Shown: piece after piece, positions 37,213-48,253 of the stretch
Layout: each line of letters begins with the position of its first letter
Position numbering within the stretch: position 1 is the first letter of the stretch
NCBI GenBank assembly: GCA_045541795.1
Contig: JAZQJV010000018.1
Location: forward strand, 118,236-182,235
Direction: 5' to 3'
DNA length: 64,000 bases
From: Patescibacteria group bacterium
Lineage (GTDB): Bacteria; Patescibacteriota; Microgenomatia; UBA1400; PJMF01
The notes under the pieces: generated by a model
Database searches by the model: none
What the model saw: only the letters and a program-made list of their open reading frames with translations
Told to the model about the DNA's origin: nothing
Made by a program: the position numbers and the translations under genes

Positions 37213-38655
37213 TTAATCTTCCACCACGTATGCCACCAGCTCATCACCAGCTTGGAAGTCGAGCTTTTTTTGCCGGAAAGTGATACCACCCTCAGTTGGC
37301 GCTTTAAAATGATCCACTTCGAGTTTACCGTGCATCATTGACGAGACAATGGGATCGGCGATGATCTGTCCGTCACGCTTGAGATGGTATTTATCATTTT
37401 TCTTGAGTTCACCACTGGTCACTTTCACGCCCGCAATCCGCAAGCCTTTCATCTCAAAAATTTCTTGGATCGTAGCCGTGCCCGTCACTACCTCATCAAT
37501 GGTTGGCTCCAAAAGCTTGAGCATCTTTTTTTGGATGTATTCAATCAACTCATAAATAATGTCATATGATTTAATCTTGACACCATGCGCTTTGGCCACT
37601 TGGGTGATATGTGGACTGACTTTCACTTGGAAACTTAAAATCTTTGCCCCGGCAGTGTGTGCTAATTCTACATCTGTATCCGTCACTTCGCCCACACCTT
37701 GGCTAATGATCTCGACACTGTCCGGATCGCAGTTGGCAGCAATTGCCTCCAGCGTTCCCTGGGTGTCAGCTTTGAGGATAAATTTGAGCTTGTTGCTATC
37801 GCCTAAAACAGAAAAATCAATTCCGGCATAAGGATCATTACTGACACTTTGCTTCTCCACTGCTGGGCTGTGGTCTTGAGGATGGCACGTGACGATCGAA
37901 CCGACGGCAGGCACATCTTTGAAACCAATTATTTGTCCCGGCTCACCAGGAAGAAGTTGCTGTACCGGTTTACCAAAATCATTGAGGATGTTTTTGACTT
38001 TACCACTCGTCTCTGCCGTGTAAATATCATCACGCACTTTGAGCGTGCCCGACTGGACGATAATATTAGCGACCGCTCCCCGGCGTGGATCTTTGGCCGA
38101 CTCAATCACTACAGCCTGGAAGTCATCATTTGGATCGGCTTGCAGCTCTAGCAAATCAGCCGTAATGACCAAAGTTTCCAATAGCTTGTCAATTCCTTTG
38201 CCGGTTTTGGCGGATATTTCTACTGCTTCGGTGTCGCCGCCAAAATCAGTCACCACTACATCATGCTCGGCCAGCTGTGACTTGACGTTGATCACATTAA
38301 TGTCTGGTAAATCAATTTTATTGATGGCTACCACCACCGGTACACCAGCCGTTTTGATGTGACGGATAGACTCGATGGTTTGCGGTTTGACGCCATCATT
38401 AGCGGCCACTACTAGTACTACAATATCCGTGATCGCTGCACCTCGCTCCCGCATCGCGCTAAAAGCAGCGTGGCCTGGTGTATCAATAAAAGTCAGCTGA
38501 GCATCGCCCACCTTTACCTGGTAAGCGCCGATATGCTGAGTGATCCCCCCTTGTTCTTTGGCCGTGAGCCGCGAGCGGCGCAAGAAGTCCAAAAGCGTCG
38601 TCTTACCGTGGTCTACATGGCCCATGATGGTGATGACTGGGGATCTTTTGCTCAT
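37213..38655 (-). CDS. infB: Translation initiation factor IF-2, short form (480 aa) lacking an N-terminal region
   Basis: The G domain begins at residue 8 ([14 protein letters not shown]) and IF-2 C-terminal domains follow. The gene sits downstream of nusA. Confidence 0.85.
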   Translation of the reverse strand: MSKRSPVITIMGHVDHGKTTLLDFLRRSRLTAKEQGGITQHIGAYQVKVGDAQLTFIDTPGHAAFSAMRERGAAITDIVVLVVAANDGVKPQTIESIRHIKTAGVPVVVAINKIDLPDINVINVKSQLAEHDVVVTDFGGDTEAVEISAKTGKGIDKLLETLVITADLLELQADPNDDFQAVVIESAKDPRRGAVANIIVQSGTLKVRDDIYTAETSGKVKNILNDFGKPVQQLLPGEPGQIIGFKDVPAVGSIVTCHPQDHSPAVEKQSVSNDPYAGIDFSVLGDSNKLKFILKADTQGTLEAIAANCDPDSVEIISQGVGEVTDTDVELAHTAGAKILSFQVKVSPHITQVAKAHGVKIKSYDIIYELIEYIQKKMLKLLEPTIDEVVTGTATIQEIFEMKGLRIAGVKVTSGELKKNDKYHLKRDGQIIADPIVSSMMHGKLEVDHFKAPTEGGITFRQKKLDFQAGDELVAYVVED

Positions 38656-39959
38656 GCTTTCTTTGCTAAAGGATTCGGGGTCAGAAGCGACGGCGAATTC
38701 TGATAATCAGTTTCTACTTGCTTGGTCGCGCGCTCAATGATTGCTTGCTTGTCTTCGGCTGAAAGCACTTCATTATCCTGCAAGCGGTTTTGGAAACGCA
38801 CGATGTCGTTACTATTGGTCAGCTTAAGGTTGACGAGCTCTTCGCGGACTTGCGGGCTTAGTCCAAAACTATCAATTTCATATTCCTCGCTACCGCTCAC
38901 TTGCTTGGCCACGTCGCCAGCTTCATCCACGATCGTGATCGACATGCCCAAAAGTTTGCCGGCTAAACGCACGTTTTGCCCACTGCGACCGATCGCGAGA
39001 GAAATTTGATCCGCCGGTGCTTTTACCGTGGCGGTATTAGTCTTGGCATCATAGTTGATGGTTAAGTTTTCGGCTGGCGCCAAAGCCGCAGCAATTAGCT
39101 GTGTCTTATCATCATAAAAGGGGATAATGTCAATTTTTTCGTTATTTAGTTCCTTGATGATTTCTTGTACTCGGACACCACGCTGGCCGACACAAGAACC
39201 TACCGGATCTACGCCTTGAGGCTGGTTGCTGGAGACCGCCAACTTGGTGCGGATACCCGCTTCCCGGGCGATCATACGGATCTGGACGGCCCCACTGGCA
39301 ATTTCTGGGACTTCTCGCTCAAATAGTAACTCTACCAAGCGGGCATCGGCCCTGGAGACGATAATCGTCCGGTGACCAGCCACCTCACCAATCTCCTTGA
39401 TGAGTACGGCCAGCCGAGCGTTACTCTTGTAAAACTCACCGCGCATCTGCTCGCGTGGCGGCATCGCAGCATAACCACGTCCCACATCCATCCAGACCAC
39501 ACCCCGCTCCATCCGGACTACTTGCGCCGTAATCATCTGACCGATTTGATTTTGGTATTCACCAATGATCTGGTCACGCTCGGCATCACGCATCCGGGCA
39601 ATAATAATTTGCTTAGCCAACTGTGCTGCAATCCGCCCAAAACCAGACGGCGTAACGTCTTCGGCTTGCGTCTCATCATAGCTTTCGTCTTCGGGATCAT
39701 CAGGATGAAGCCGTGGCGCACGGAAAACATACATCTCGCCAGTAAGCCGGTCCACTTGACCCCAATAATAAAAAGCGGGATCTAGAGGGATGTCATTTTC
39801 TCCGCCTGCCTGCTTGCGGTAAGCACCGACAAGGCCCGCTTCAATCGCCAGATAAACTTGCTCTGGATCAATTTTGCGTTCGGCAGACACCTGGGCGATG
39901 GCCGCGGCAAATTCTGTTCTCTGGGATTTTTTTGCTTTTAGATCGTTTTTTCTTGCCAT
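38652..39959 (-). CDS. nusA: Transcription termination/antitermination factor NusA
   Basis: S1 and tandem KH domains (GQRGVRVQEIIKELNNEKIDII) in the conserved nusA-infB arrangement. Confidence 0.85.
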   Translation of the reverse strand: MARKNDLKAKKSQRTEFAAAIAQVSAERKIDPEQVYLAIEAGLVGAYRKQAGGENDIPLDPAFYYWGQVDRLTGEMYVFRAPRLHPDDPEDESYDETQAEDVTPSGFGRIAAQLAKQIIIARMRDAERDQIIGEYQNQIGQMITAQVVRMERGVVWMDVGRGYAAMPPREQMRGEFYKSNARLAVLIKEIGEVAGHRTIIVSRADARLVELLFEREVPEIASGAVQIRMIAREAGIRTKLAVSSNQPQGVDPVGSCVGQRGVRVQEIIKELNNEKIDIIPFYDDKTQLIAAALAPAENLTINYDAKTNTATVKAPADQISLAIGRSGQNVRLAGKLLGMSITIVDEAGDVAKQVSGSEEYEIDSFGLSPQVREELVNLKLTNSNDIVRFQNRLQDNEVLSAEDKQAIIERATKQVETDYQNSPSLLTPNPLAKKA

Positions 39960-40089
39960 GTTATCCTTGCTTGCTTACTAAAAATCGGCAACTGGGAGGA
40001 TGCCGAGCTTGGCTAAGGTCAATAACTACATTATATCACAAAAACTGCTTCTTGTCAAGGGCTAATTTTGGTGTATAATTGGGGAACTT

Positions 40090-40563
40090 ATGAAAAAATG
40101 GAGTGTGATCGCAGTTTTAATTTTGAGCCTGTTTGCGGGACGGCCAGCACATGCTGCCCCTTACGAAAGTTGGAAGAGTTCCAAAATGTGCACAGGCGCT
40201 AAAGACACGCTTTCTGAAGACGTTGCCACTATCGCTGGTATCGTTTGCCTGATCGCCAATGCCTTAAATGCCGTCCTGACGCTGTTTTCCTTCGTCGGCT
40301 TCCTCATGTTTGTGTATGCCAGTTTTATGCTCATGATCTCTGGCGGTAATCCCAGCGGCTTTGAAACAGCGAAAAATACCTTTACTTACGCAATTTTTGG
40401 CTTCGTGCTGGCTTTATCATCATTTGTGATCATCAATCTTATTTCTTATTACACTGGCCTCAATAGCTTCTTTGTCATCAAATTCTTGCCCAATACTATT
40501 TCTGGCAGCGCCAGCAGTGGCGGTACAGGCGGTAGCGGTACGGGAGGTACAAGCGGGCCATAA
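40090..40563 (+). CDS. TrbC/VirB2-like pilin family protein (paralog 2)
   Basis: Signal peptide followed by two hydrophobic helices flanking MISGGNPSGFETAKNT. Its stop and the next gene's ATG are 1 nt apart. Confidence 0.45.
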   Translation: MKKWSVIAVLILSLFAGRPAHAAPYESWKSSKMCTGAKDTLSEDVATIAGIVCLIANALNAVLTLFSFVGFLMFVYASFMLMISGGNPSGFETAKNTFTYAIFGFVLALSSFVIINLISYYTGLNSFFVIKFLPNTISGSASSGGTGGSGTGGTSGP

Positions 40564-40564
40564 T

Positions 40565-43500
40565 ATGCGCATTGATAAATTCTTACCGGCAAAACGTTGG
40601 CAAACTGTTATCATTGGGGTCAGTTTGGTTTTTGGCTGCATGATGTCGCTGCAAAATTTGCACCTAGACCTAGTTTCTGACGTCTGGAGTGCGCAGTATC
40701 AGGATGTTTATAGTCAAGTGATGAGTATTTTCCAGTCACGAGGTGAGACCATCCCTACTAATGTCGCCGCCGACATCATCGAGCGTTCTGGCGGTGATCA
40801 AAATCAAGCTATAGCTACTCTGGAAAAGTATCTCAACGTCTACAAAGCTTTGCAAGCGCGTAATCCTGATGTCTCTTCTCTAGTCATCAGTTTGATCGCC
40901 AAACAGTACCCAGATAATTACTCACAGGCCAGCACAGCTTTGTCGCAGACGGTCTCGACAGCTAAGCAGATCCAGGACTACCAAAATATAAATACTATTG
41001 CGGCGCAAATTGTGGCCGCTTTAGGGATTAATAATAGTTTCACGCAGACACTCTCAGACGCTTATGACGTCGTCAATAATGCCAGTAATATGGGCCAGCA
41101 GATGAACGTCAACAATATCGCCGCTCAAATTTTGTCTGCGCTCGATCTTACCGGAGAACTATCCTCGGGTTTTGGCAGCCAGGCTGATTTGCAAAATACG
41201 CTTCAAAGCATGACTAGATCGTCCCTCTTGCAAAGTCAAGACGCTAAGGATGTCCTCGGTGCCTTAGACATTTTCACGCCGGGTAATTTCTCGTCTGATG
41301 CCGGCAGCGTGAGTAAAATTGCCAGTGATCTTTTAGGCGGAAAACTTTCAGACACGGTCAAAAGTGTGGTAGATAAAGAAATTGCCGAAAGTTTGGGCGC
41401 GCTTAATCTAGGTAGTTTGTCTGGTCTTAGCGAAGGTAAAGGGAATTTTTCTGGCATTCTTGAGCAGGTGACATCTAAAACTGCCGGTGAAGCTGGCAAA
41501 TACAAGGATGTCTACGAAACCGTCACCAAAGGTATGAGCACTCAGGACATCGTCAAAATGGGCACCGACAAAATCAAAGACAGTATCTTAGATAATTCTA
41601 CCCTCGACCAGGAAAAAGCCGCTCAGGAAACCAAAAAAGAACTTGACCAAGAGGCAAAAAAAGCCGTAGACGAGGAAAAAAAACTACAGGATGAAGGATT
41701 GATTGATCCGTCGAGCGTACCAAGCAGTAGCCCTTCGCCTTCTTCAACTCCCGATCCTTCAGCCAGTCCTTCACCATCACCTTCCGCAAGTCCTTCTCCT
41801 GGTGCCAGCCCGTCGCCAGGGGCGAGCCCGAGTCCCTCTCCGTCTGCTAGTCCGTCACCGAGCGCTTCGCCGTCGCCGTCAGCGTCACCGAAAGCAACTG
41901 AATACATCAGAAGTGGTGCACAGGGATCCTTTATCACCGCTATCATAGATAAACTCAGAATGAGCGGCACGGCCGAAAATATTAAGGAAGGTTTTGCTGC
42001 TAAAATGATCGCCAAGAATTTATCGCTGGAGGGATATGAAGCCTATCATATCAAAACTGTCAGCCGTTTGCAGCCCTATATGAATTTTTCTCATCGCCGT
42101 AACAATGTAGATTTTAGCCAAGCCAAAGTACCCCTCATGCGCAATAGTAACTACAAACCTGAACGGCTTAATTCTGCCGAAAATTATTACGGCTATAATG
42201 CCCGGGTAGGAGTGAATGACACTGATATCCTTACTGAGTCAGCCTGGGTCGCCAAAATGTCGCAGCCTGTCAAATGCAGCCTCAAAGCCGCCAATCTTGC
42301 CTATATCGTGCGCACTTGCGACATTCTTCATGAAGACACATGCGAAGGTCTATACCTGACCGCTGATGGCAGTGAAACCATCAAAGATACTAAGATCAAA
42401 GTCCATGATTTGGCTCTTGCGGTGACAGCCATTCTCATCACTGATGGCAGCCAACGTGACGAGTTAATCAATGCGGTGGCGCTCGCTTTGGCGACGGGCA
42501 AAGGCGATCTTAGCGGCATCATGGGACAAGTAACCAATATTATTAATAGTATTGGCGGTGAGAATTCAGATGTACTGTCGCGTTTGCTGGCTATGGCTTC
42601 AGATAAAGTCATGGAACCTATCTATGATAACCGGATTCCTTTTTGTGAGACACTTTATAATACTCCAGCCACAGCGGCTACGGATGAGACGGGCTTACTG
42701 CTAGAAATGGCCAAAGGCAACATCCAAGCGGAGGATATGGGCAAAATTTATCTGCGCTGGGCGATGGAAAAATTGGACTTTTACCTGGCACGTGAATACC
42801 GCACTGCATACCTAGTGCAAACTACAAGAATCTGCCCGGTACGTCGGCAATTTATCTGCTCTAAATCCTCACCCGTATATAAGTATGCACCAGCACCCAC
42901 AGGCACCTGCTTAGTACAACTCCCCTGTATACCTGGTATCACCCCAGATCAGGTGCGTGTATATCCATTCAAAATCCCAGATCTTTTCACCAATAAGAAT
43001 TTTTGCAAAACGTCTGATCTAGAATATCCTGGGCTCTTGAATGACGTCAAATGTGAGCCCTCTGAGCAATTCCAATATGCAGACATGATACAAGAATATC
43101 ACGATCCGGCACTTTTACAAAAAAATTTCCTCATGAATATGGAGCAGATCCGCGCTGAACGTGAAGAGTTTTTAGCAAAACGCAAAACTCGCGCCCAGCA
43201 CTCTGCCGAAGCCTGTACGGCCAATAGTGCTACCACTCTTGCCAAAATGCAAGAGGCCGACTTAACATGCACCGACAAAAATGTGCTTAGCGGTGATCTG
43301 ATTGACTGTGAAAACTGCAATGGCGAAGCCAGACGAGTCAAAGCGGCTCTAGTGAAAGTCATCAACGGTGCCATCAAACATGGCGAACTTTACAAAATCG
43401 AAAATCCCAACGGCAACTCGCCGGGTACTGATGATGTCAGCGGCGGGCTTAGTAGTTCCGCCATTACCACTTCTGCCGTGAATCCGCTCGAACCAGCTAT

Positions 43501-44137
43501 CACTGATGTCAACTATTTTAATGATTTCTGCTTATGTCGGGAAAAAATGTTCCTTTGGGTCCCGTGGTTTGCCTACGCTAAACTTGATTACTTTGTCGTC
43601 GAGCCGATCAGTGATGAGGTGGAAAGTATTGAGGAGCACATTGTCTCGCCGTTTTTCCGCACTAGTCAATACCAGCAATTCCTCAAAAATGACAGCCGTC
43701 AAAATCGTAAAATCCAAGTCACTGGCGCCAAGAGTAACCTGAGTGACATCCCGATTTGGCTGCCTGCTGGCGGGCCGATCAGTAATGTCTTTTTGCAGCA
43801 GCAAGTTTTATACAATCAAGATCAAGACATTTATAAGAACTTTAAAAAATGCGTTTCCGCCGCCTCATATTTTGAGTCACAGTGCATGGGTGCGGATAGC
43901 GGCAAAGAGGATGAGGCTTTTGACGAGGCTAAAAGTCAGTGCATATTGCGTGCGGAAGCTGGCTGTACTCGTGGCTGTGGCGAGAACGGAGTGATTTCGC
44001 TTACCTATGGTAGCGAGGACGGTAAGACTATTATTGACTGTGAATGCGGCAATACTGGCGGTGAAGACAGTAGCGGGCCAAGAAATTATCATTATGAATG
44101 TGAAAATTCCACCGATACTGAATGGGATGACGTCTAA
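40565..44137 (+). CDS. Large (about 1190 aa) membrane-anchored surface protein with Ala/Gln-rich repeats, a Pro/Ser linker and a Cys-rich C-terminal region
   Basis: N-terminal TM (WQTVIIGVSLVFGCMM), the internal repeat INTIAAQIVAALGINNSF / VNNIAAQILSALDLTGEL, and (SPSPSA/SPSPGA)n. The likely start is MRIDKF at about 40565; the track start at 40472 overlaps the pilin gene. Confidence 0.5.
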   Translation: MRIDKFLPAKRWQTVIIGVSLVFGCMMSLQNLHLDLVSDVWSAQYQDVYSQVMSIFQSRGETIPTNVAADIIERSGGDQNQAIATLEKYLNVYKALQARNPDVSSLVISLIAKQYPDNYSQASTALSQTVSTAKQIQDYQNINTIAAQIVAALGINNSFTQTLSDAYDVVNNASNMGQQMNVNNIAAQILSALDLTGELSSGFGSQADLQNTLQSMTRSSLLQSQDAKDVLGALDIFTPGNFSSDAGSVSKIASDLLGGKLSDTVKSVVDKEIAESLGALNLGSLSGLSEGKGNFSGILEQVTSKTAGEAGKYKDVYETVTKGMSTQDIVKMGTDKIKDSILDNSTLDQEKAAQETKKELDQEAKKAVDEEKKLQDEGLIDPSSVPSSSPSPSSTPDPSASPSPSPSASPSPGASPSPGASPSPSPSASPSPSASPSPSASPKATEYIRSGAQGSFITAIIDKLRMSGTAENIKEGFAAKMIAKNLSLEGYEAYHIKTVSRLQPYMNFSHRRNNVDFSQAKVPLMRNSNYKPERLNSAENYYGYNARVGVNDTDILTESAWVAKMSQPVKCSLKAANLAYIVRTCDILHEDTCEGLYLTADGSETIKDTKIKVHDLALAVTAILITDGSQRDELINAVALALATGKGDLSGIMGQVTNIINSIGGENSDVLSRLLAMASDKVMEPIYDNRIPFCETLYNTPATAATDETGLLLEMAKGNIQAEDMGKIYLRWAMEKLDFYLAREYRTAYLVQTTRICPVRRQFICSKSSPVYKYAPAPTGTCLVQLPCIPGITPDQVRVYPFKIPDLFTNKNFCKTSDLEYPGLLNDVKCEPSEQFQYADMIQEYHDPALLQKNFLMNMEQIRAEREEFLAKRKTRAQHSAEACTANSATTLAKMQEADLTCTDKNVLSGDLIDCENCNGEARRVKAALVKVINGAIKHGELYKIENPNGNSPGTDDVSGGLSSSAITTSAVNPLEPAITDVNYFNDFCLCREKMFLWVPWFAYAKLDYFVVEPISDEVESIEEHIVSPFFRTSQYQQFLKNDSRQNRKIQVTGAKSNLSDIPIWLPAGGPISNVFLQQQVLYNQDQDIYKNFKKCVSAASYFESQCMGADSGKEDEAFDEAKSQCILRAEAGCTRGCGENGVISLTYGSEDGKTIIDCECGNTGGEDSSGPRNYHYECENSTDTEWDDV
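41700..41895 (+). repeat. Tandem Pro/Ser/Ala codon repeats encoding an SPSPSASPSPGA linker
   Basis: Read directly in the DNA and in the translated protein. Confidence 0.7.
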
Positions 44138-45725
44138 ATGGCGCCAACTTCAATCTTGGCGCTGCTGGCTGCCATACCTGGTTTTGGCACTAGCGATGGC
44201 GATCGCCATCGCCCTCAAAAAGGATTATTACATTGATGAAATTTACAGCTATGGTCTCGCCAATAGTCTGACGCCGCAAATAGATATTAGCAATCCTGGT
44301 ATTTTCCGGCCGGCTTGGTCAGTGTTTCGCCCGTACGTGACCGCTTCCTGGTGGCACGTGCTTGATTTACCTTCTGTGTGGCAAAATCAGGCCGCTGATG
44401 TCCATCCTCCATTTTACTATTTGTTGCTGCATGTGGTTTCCTCACTTGCGCCAGGTATTTTCTCGCGTGGCTTTGCGGGCTTGATTAATATCATTTCTGC
44501 TCTAGTGTGCCTTTATTTTGTGGGGAGTATCTTGCGTCGTCTGGAAGTCAGCCCAGCTGCTCGGCATTGGATCAGCCTGTGTCTCTCGCTCCATCCAGCC
44601 ATCATTGGCGCTGGTAGCTTTTTGCGGATGTACTTGTTGCTGTCAGCACTCCTTTTGGCCATTACTGATCAAACGCTTGCCCTCATCCAAAATCCTGTGT
44701 CAATCAAATCCTGGTATCGCACTCCGCTTACGTGGCTTGTCACCGCCGCTTGCCTTACCCATTACTATGCATACGTCTATCTGATTGGACTTGTCGGTGC
44801 CGCTCTCATTTTGTTTTGGCGGCGTGGTCAAAAACAAGCCTGTCGCCATTTGTTGGCTTGTGCCGTTGCTGGCGTCGCCAGCGCCTTAATACTATTCCCG
44901 TATGCGCTGCGCCATGTATTTTTTGCTGACCGCGGGACTCAGTCATGGAGCAACTTTTTGCAGCTGTCTGCCTTTCGCGCGCGTTTAGATCTTTATACGA
45001 ATTTGCTCAATAGACAGCTTTTTGGCGGTTTTGGCTGGTTGCTTATTGGTATGATCGGTATTGCTTTGGCGGTTTATCTTTGGCAAGGAAGACGCCGGCT
45101 CCAAGCGAGTGTAAATAAACTTGGTCTTTGGCTGGTGGTGACGGCGCCAGCGTGTGCTTACCTGATTCTTGTTGGTATTTCTTCAGTCTTTACTGTGGAC
45201 CGGTACATGCAGCCGCTGTATTTCCCCGTTATCACCATTGTGTACGGCAGTTTGGCACTACTAATTTGGCGCCATGCGCCTTCTCGTTGGCGATCAGGAC
45301 TATTAATAGCAGTACTCAGCGTGTGTACTGTTTTTTCTTGGCGCGTACAAGAATGGCCCTATCTTTATTGGGAGAGAGAGCAAGAAATTGCCAGAGCACG
45401 CGCTCACGAGGGCTTAGATTGCCTCTTCCTGTATCAAGATCGTTGGACCGCTCTTTACTATTTTGAGGAATTGCGTCATTACCGTTCTGTCACCTTTATC
45501 CCTGTAGAGGCCAATGACCGCATCCGTTATTATATGGAAGTCATCAAGCACGCCCATATAGATGAATTAGTAGTCGCTTTTGGTTTGGGTGATGACGATC
45601 CTCGTGAACCAGAAGCAGTTCTTAATAAATTCCTTGATATATCGGGATTTTTAGAGTACAAGCAAACAATTTGGCAGCATAGCCCCAAATCAGCAAGTTA
45701 TCTAGTGGGCAGTAAAGTCGACTGA
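44127..45725 (+). CDS. GT-C membrane glycosyltransferase (ArnT/PMT-like, GT39/GT83-type)
   Basis: VHPPFYYLLLH motif and many TM helices. The ATG at about 44127 overlaps the upstream stop. Confidence 0.5.
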   Translation: MTSKWRQLQSWRCWLPYLVLALAMAIAIALKKDYYIDEIYSYGLANSLTPQIDISNPGIFRPAWSVFRPYVTASWWHVLDLPSVWQNQAADVHPPFYYLLLHVVSSLAPGIFSRGFAGLINIISALVCLYFVGSILRRLEVSPAARHWISLCLSLHPAIIGAGSFLRMYLLLSALLLAITDQTLALIQNPVSIKSWYRTPLTWLVTAACLTHYYAYVYLIGLVGAALILFWRRGQKQACRHLLACAVAGVASALILFPYALRHVFFADRGTQSWSNFLQLSAFRARLDLYTNLLNRQLFGGFGWLLIGMIGIALAVYLWQGRRRLQASVNKLGLWLVVTAPACAYLILVGISSVFTVDRYMQPLYFPVITIVYGSLALLIWRHAPSRWRSGLLIAVLSVCTVFSWRVQEWPYLYWEREQEIARARAHEGLDCLFLYQDRWTALYYFEELRHYRSVTFIPVEANDRIRYYMEVIKHAHIDELVVAFGLGDDDPREPEAVLNKFLDISGFLEYKQTIWQHSPKSASYLVGSKVD

Positions 45726-47348
45726 TTATTTTAGCCGCCACACTTGTAGTGTTGGCGCATCTGCCTGTGGTCGCTCATACTCCTGTACCAATGCGACGGG
45801 CTTGATGTCCTCATCCAAATCCAGCCGGTGCGAATTAGCGACCAGTAAGACCTCGTCATATTCATCCCAGTTTGGCTGGGGAGAAAGTTTATCAAAATTG
45901 TGTATCGGCGGCGCACCCAAACCTAGGACTTTGATGTTGTCACGCACACTACTTTTCCATAAATATATCTGCAAACCGTCGGGTAATGTCCCCACAAAAC
46001 CTTCAGTAAGAACCAACAGCTTCTTACTCGCCGCCAACTCTTGTAAATATTCGGCCGTTTGCTTGATCCCATGTCCGGAAGACCAGTCCCAAAATAATTG
46101 CTGTCTGTCGGCTGGCAGTAGCGGCAGTTTAAATGGATTGGTATGAATCCGCCAGCTCCAATAATGGCCAGTAACTAATACAATTAAAATTAACGCGAGT
46201 TTAAAATTTATCAATTCAATCCGACGAATCAGGGATAAGCACACCACAAAGCTGACGATAATAAACGGTACCACCGGTAGAAAATAACGCGGGTAGACGA
46301 CTTTACCCAGCATGATGATAGGCAAAGCATAGGCGAATCCTGAGATTAAAATCAAAAGCGGTAACGCTGTCCGTGAACGCCGGCGACAAACATAAATCAA
46401 AGCCATACACAAAGTAGTGACAGTCATCGTGAGTCCAGTATAATTTGTAATTACGCGGGCAAAGTTGAGCACATTGTAAGTTAAAATCGCAAACGGTTGA
46501 CGCAAAAAGTCACCCACGCTATATAAAAAGTCACCACCGCGACTAAATAGCATCGGGAATGCGGGGCTGATTTTTAAGACAGCAAAAATTATCACTCCGA
46601 TCGCACTAATGACAAAAAGTGGCATTAACTGCGAGGCAAGCGAGCGCCAAAAACTTTCTCGGTTTTGTTTGTTTTTTATCTTTGACCACTGCGCGTGGTA
46701 AAACGGCACAGTGGCTAAAACTGGCGCCAACAAAAGACAGGAAAACTTTGTCCACATCGCCAGTCCCCACGAGGTGCCAGCAGCCAGCGTCCACCAGTAC
46801 CAACTGTTTTTGTCCTTGTCTCGGCTCAAATATGCGCCAGTCGCTTGATAAGTAAGGATGAACGTGAGACTGATGAAAAAAGACACGGCGCTGTCCATCA
46901 GTGCCAAACGATTAGTCAGCATTAATCCAGGCGAGAAAATTACCAGCAACCCTGCTAAAAGTTGATAACGCCTTTTATGGACGAAAACTTTGACCATATA
47001 AATCGTCACGAGCAATTGACCCAGACCAAAAAGAATCGCCGCCACCCGTCCTGCCACCAGCGGATCGGCAAAAATTTTGATCAAAGGTATCGCCGTCCAA
47101 ATGACCAGCGGCGTTTTACCATCATTGAGAGCAAAAAAACTATACTGCTGCCAATCAGAAATAGCCAGCTGCGACCAATAAATATAAATTGCTTCATCCA
47201 CAAAAACAGGGATGGATTGCAGTTTGGCCAGCCGCTGCCAACAAAAGATTACAATGATTATTCCTAAAAGATAATAGTACCAATACCGAGCTAAATGAAT
47301 GCTAGCCTTGAGCGTTTTTTTCAATTTTGTATACCAATCCCACCACAT
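45726..47348 (-). CDS. GT-C membrane glycosyltransferase (ArnT/PMT-like)
   Basis: VFVDEAIYIYW (the DE motif) and KTPLVIW, with at least 10 TM helices. Confidence 0.5.
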   Translation of the reverse strand: MWWDWYTKLKKTLKASIHLARYWYYYLLGIIIVIFCWQRLAKLQSIPVFVDEAIYIYWSQLAISDWQQYSFFALNDGKTPLVIWTAIPLIKIFADPLVAGRVAAILFGLGQLLVTIYMVKVFVHKRRYQLLAGLLVIFSPGLMLTNRLALMDSAVSFFISLTFILTYQATGAYLSRDKDKNSWYWWTLAAGTSWGLAMWTKFSCLLLAPVLATVPFYHAQWSKIKNKQNRESFWRSLASQLMPLFVISAIGVIIFAVLKISPAFPMLFSRGGDFLYSVGDFLRQPFAILTYNVLNFARVITNYTGLTMTVTTLCMALIYVCRRRSRTALPLLILISGFAYALPIIMLGKVVYPRYFLPVVPFIIVSFVVCLSLIRRIELINFKLALILIVLVTGHYWSWRIHTNPFKLPLLPADRQQLFWDWSSGHGIKQTAEYLQELAASKKLLVLTEGFVGTLPDGLQIYLWKSSVRDNIKVLGLGAPPIHNFDKLSPQPNWDEYDEVLLVANSHRLDLDEDIKPVALVQEYERPQADAPTLQVWRLK

Positions 47349-47419
47349 ATCACTTATTATACCCTAGATTTTGCAAAATTTCCCTGCGATTACACTTATA
47401 AGTGTGGTAAAATACAACC

Positions 47420-48238
47420 ATGTCAAAAAACGCCAAAAAATTACTTGTTATTGCAGTTTCGTTGTTTGTTTTGGCAGCTGTCTTTTACTGGACGAAAACC
47501 CAGCAGCCTGCTCCAGATCGCCTTTCACGACAAACTGCTATCACTCCGCAAACCCGCTATTTATCTACACTTGAAAGTCTCGATACATTTGTGGTCCGCC
47601 ACACAGCAATTTTTACCTCTCCCGACGAAACTTCTGACGGCACACCGTTTACCATTACCGAAACTGTCCGCCATGAATACTCACTCTCACCCAATCTGCG
47701 CGTCGAGACGAGCTTGCCCGCTTCTGTCAGTGCTAGTTTGAGCAGTAATCCTCAAGTGCAATCGCGCGTCGCCCAAATCTCCCAAGCTTACACTGACCAA
47801 GAGAATTTTCCACTTTATATCGTCACTGATCATCAAGCACAAACCATCACTTACTACGAAAACTTTGGCGGTGACTGGACGTATTCCACTAAACCCCTTT
47901 ATCAAGTGGACCGTCAGCATTTTTACGGCGGACTGTGGGAGACCAACCAGACGCCAAAGTTAATCAGTGATGGCGTCTTACAGGCTCGCGATAGTGCCGA
48001 CACTGGTACTTACAACTTTTATTTCAATGATCAAGATCAGCTCACAATGGTGGAATTCATTGAAGACGGCGACATGATGAGTGAAGAGTATCAGATTTTA
48101 GACGAACTTCCTATAGTCACGATCCCAGCCACAGTAATGGAAAGCGCTGTAGAATTCCAGCCGGAAATAATTTTTGAGGACACTAGTGAGTATTTGCCTA
48201 CAGTCGGTGAGAGTGTCTATGTTCCTGACATGGAGTAG
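47420..48238 (+). CDS. Hypothetical membrane-anchored secreted protein
   Basis: N-terminal TM. No motif. Confidence 0.4.
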   Translation: MSKNAKKLLVIAVSLFVLAAVFYWTKTQQPAPDRLSRQTAITPQTRYLSTLESLDTFVVRHTAIFTSPDETSDGTPFTITETVRHEYSLSPNLRVETSLPASVSASLSSNPQVQSRVAQISQAYTDQENFPLYIVTDHQAQTITYYENFGGDWTYSTKPLYQVDRQHFYGGLWETNQTPKLISDGVLQARDSADTGTYNFYFNDQDQLTMVEFIEDGDMMSEEYQILDELPIVTIPATVMESAVEFQPEIIFEDTSEYLPTVGESVYVPDME

Positions 48239-48253
48239 GGCAGACGCTATCGT

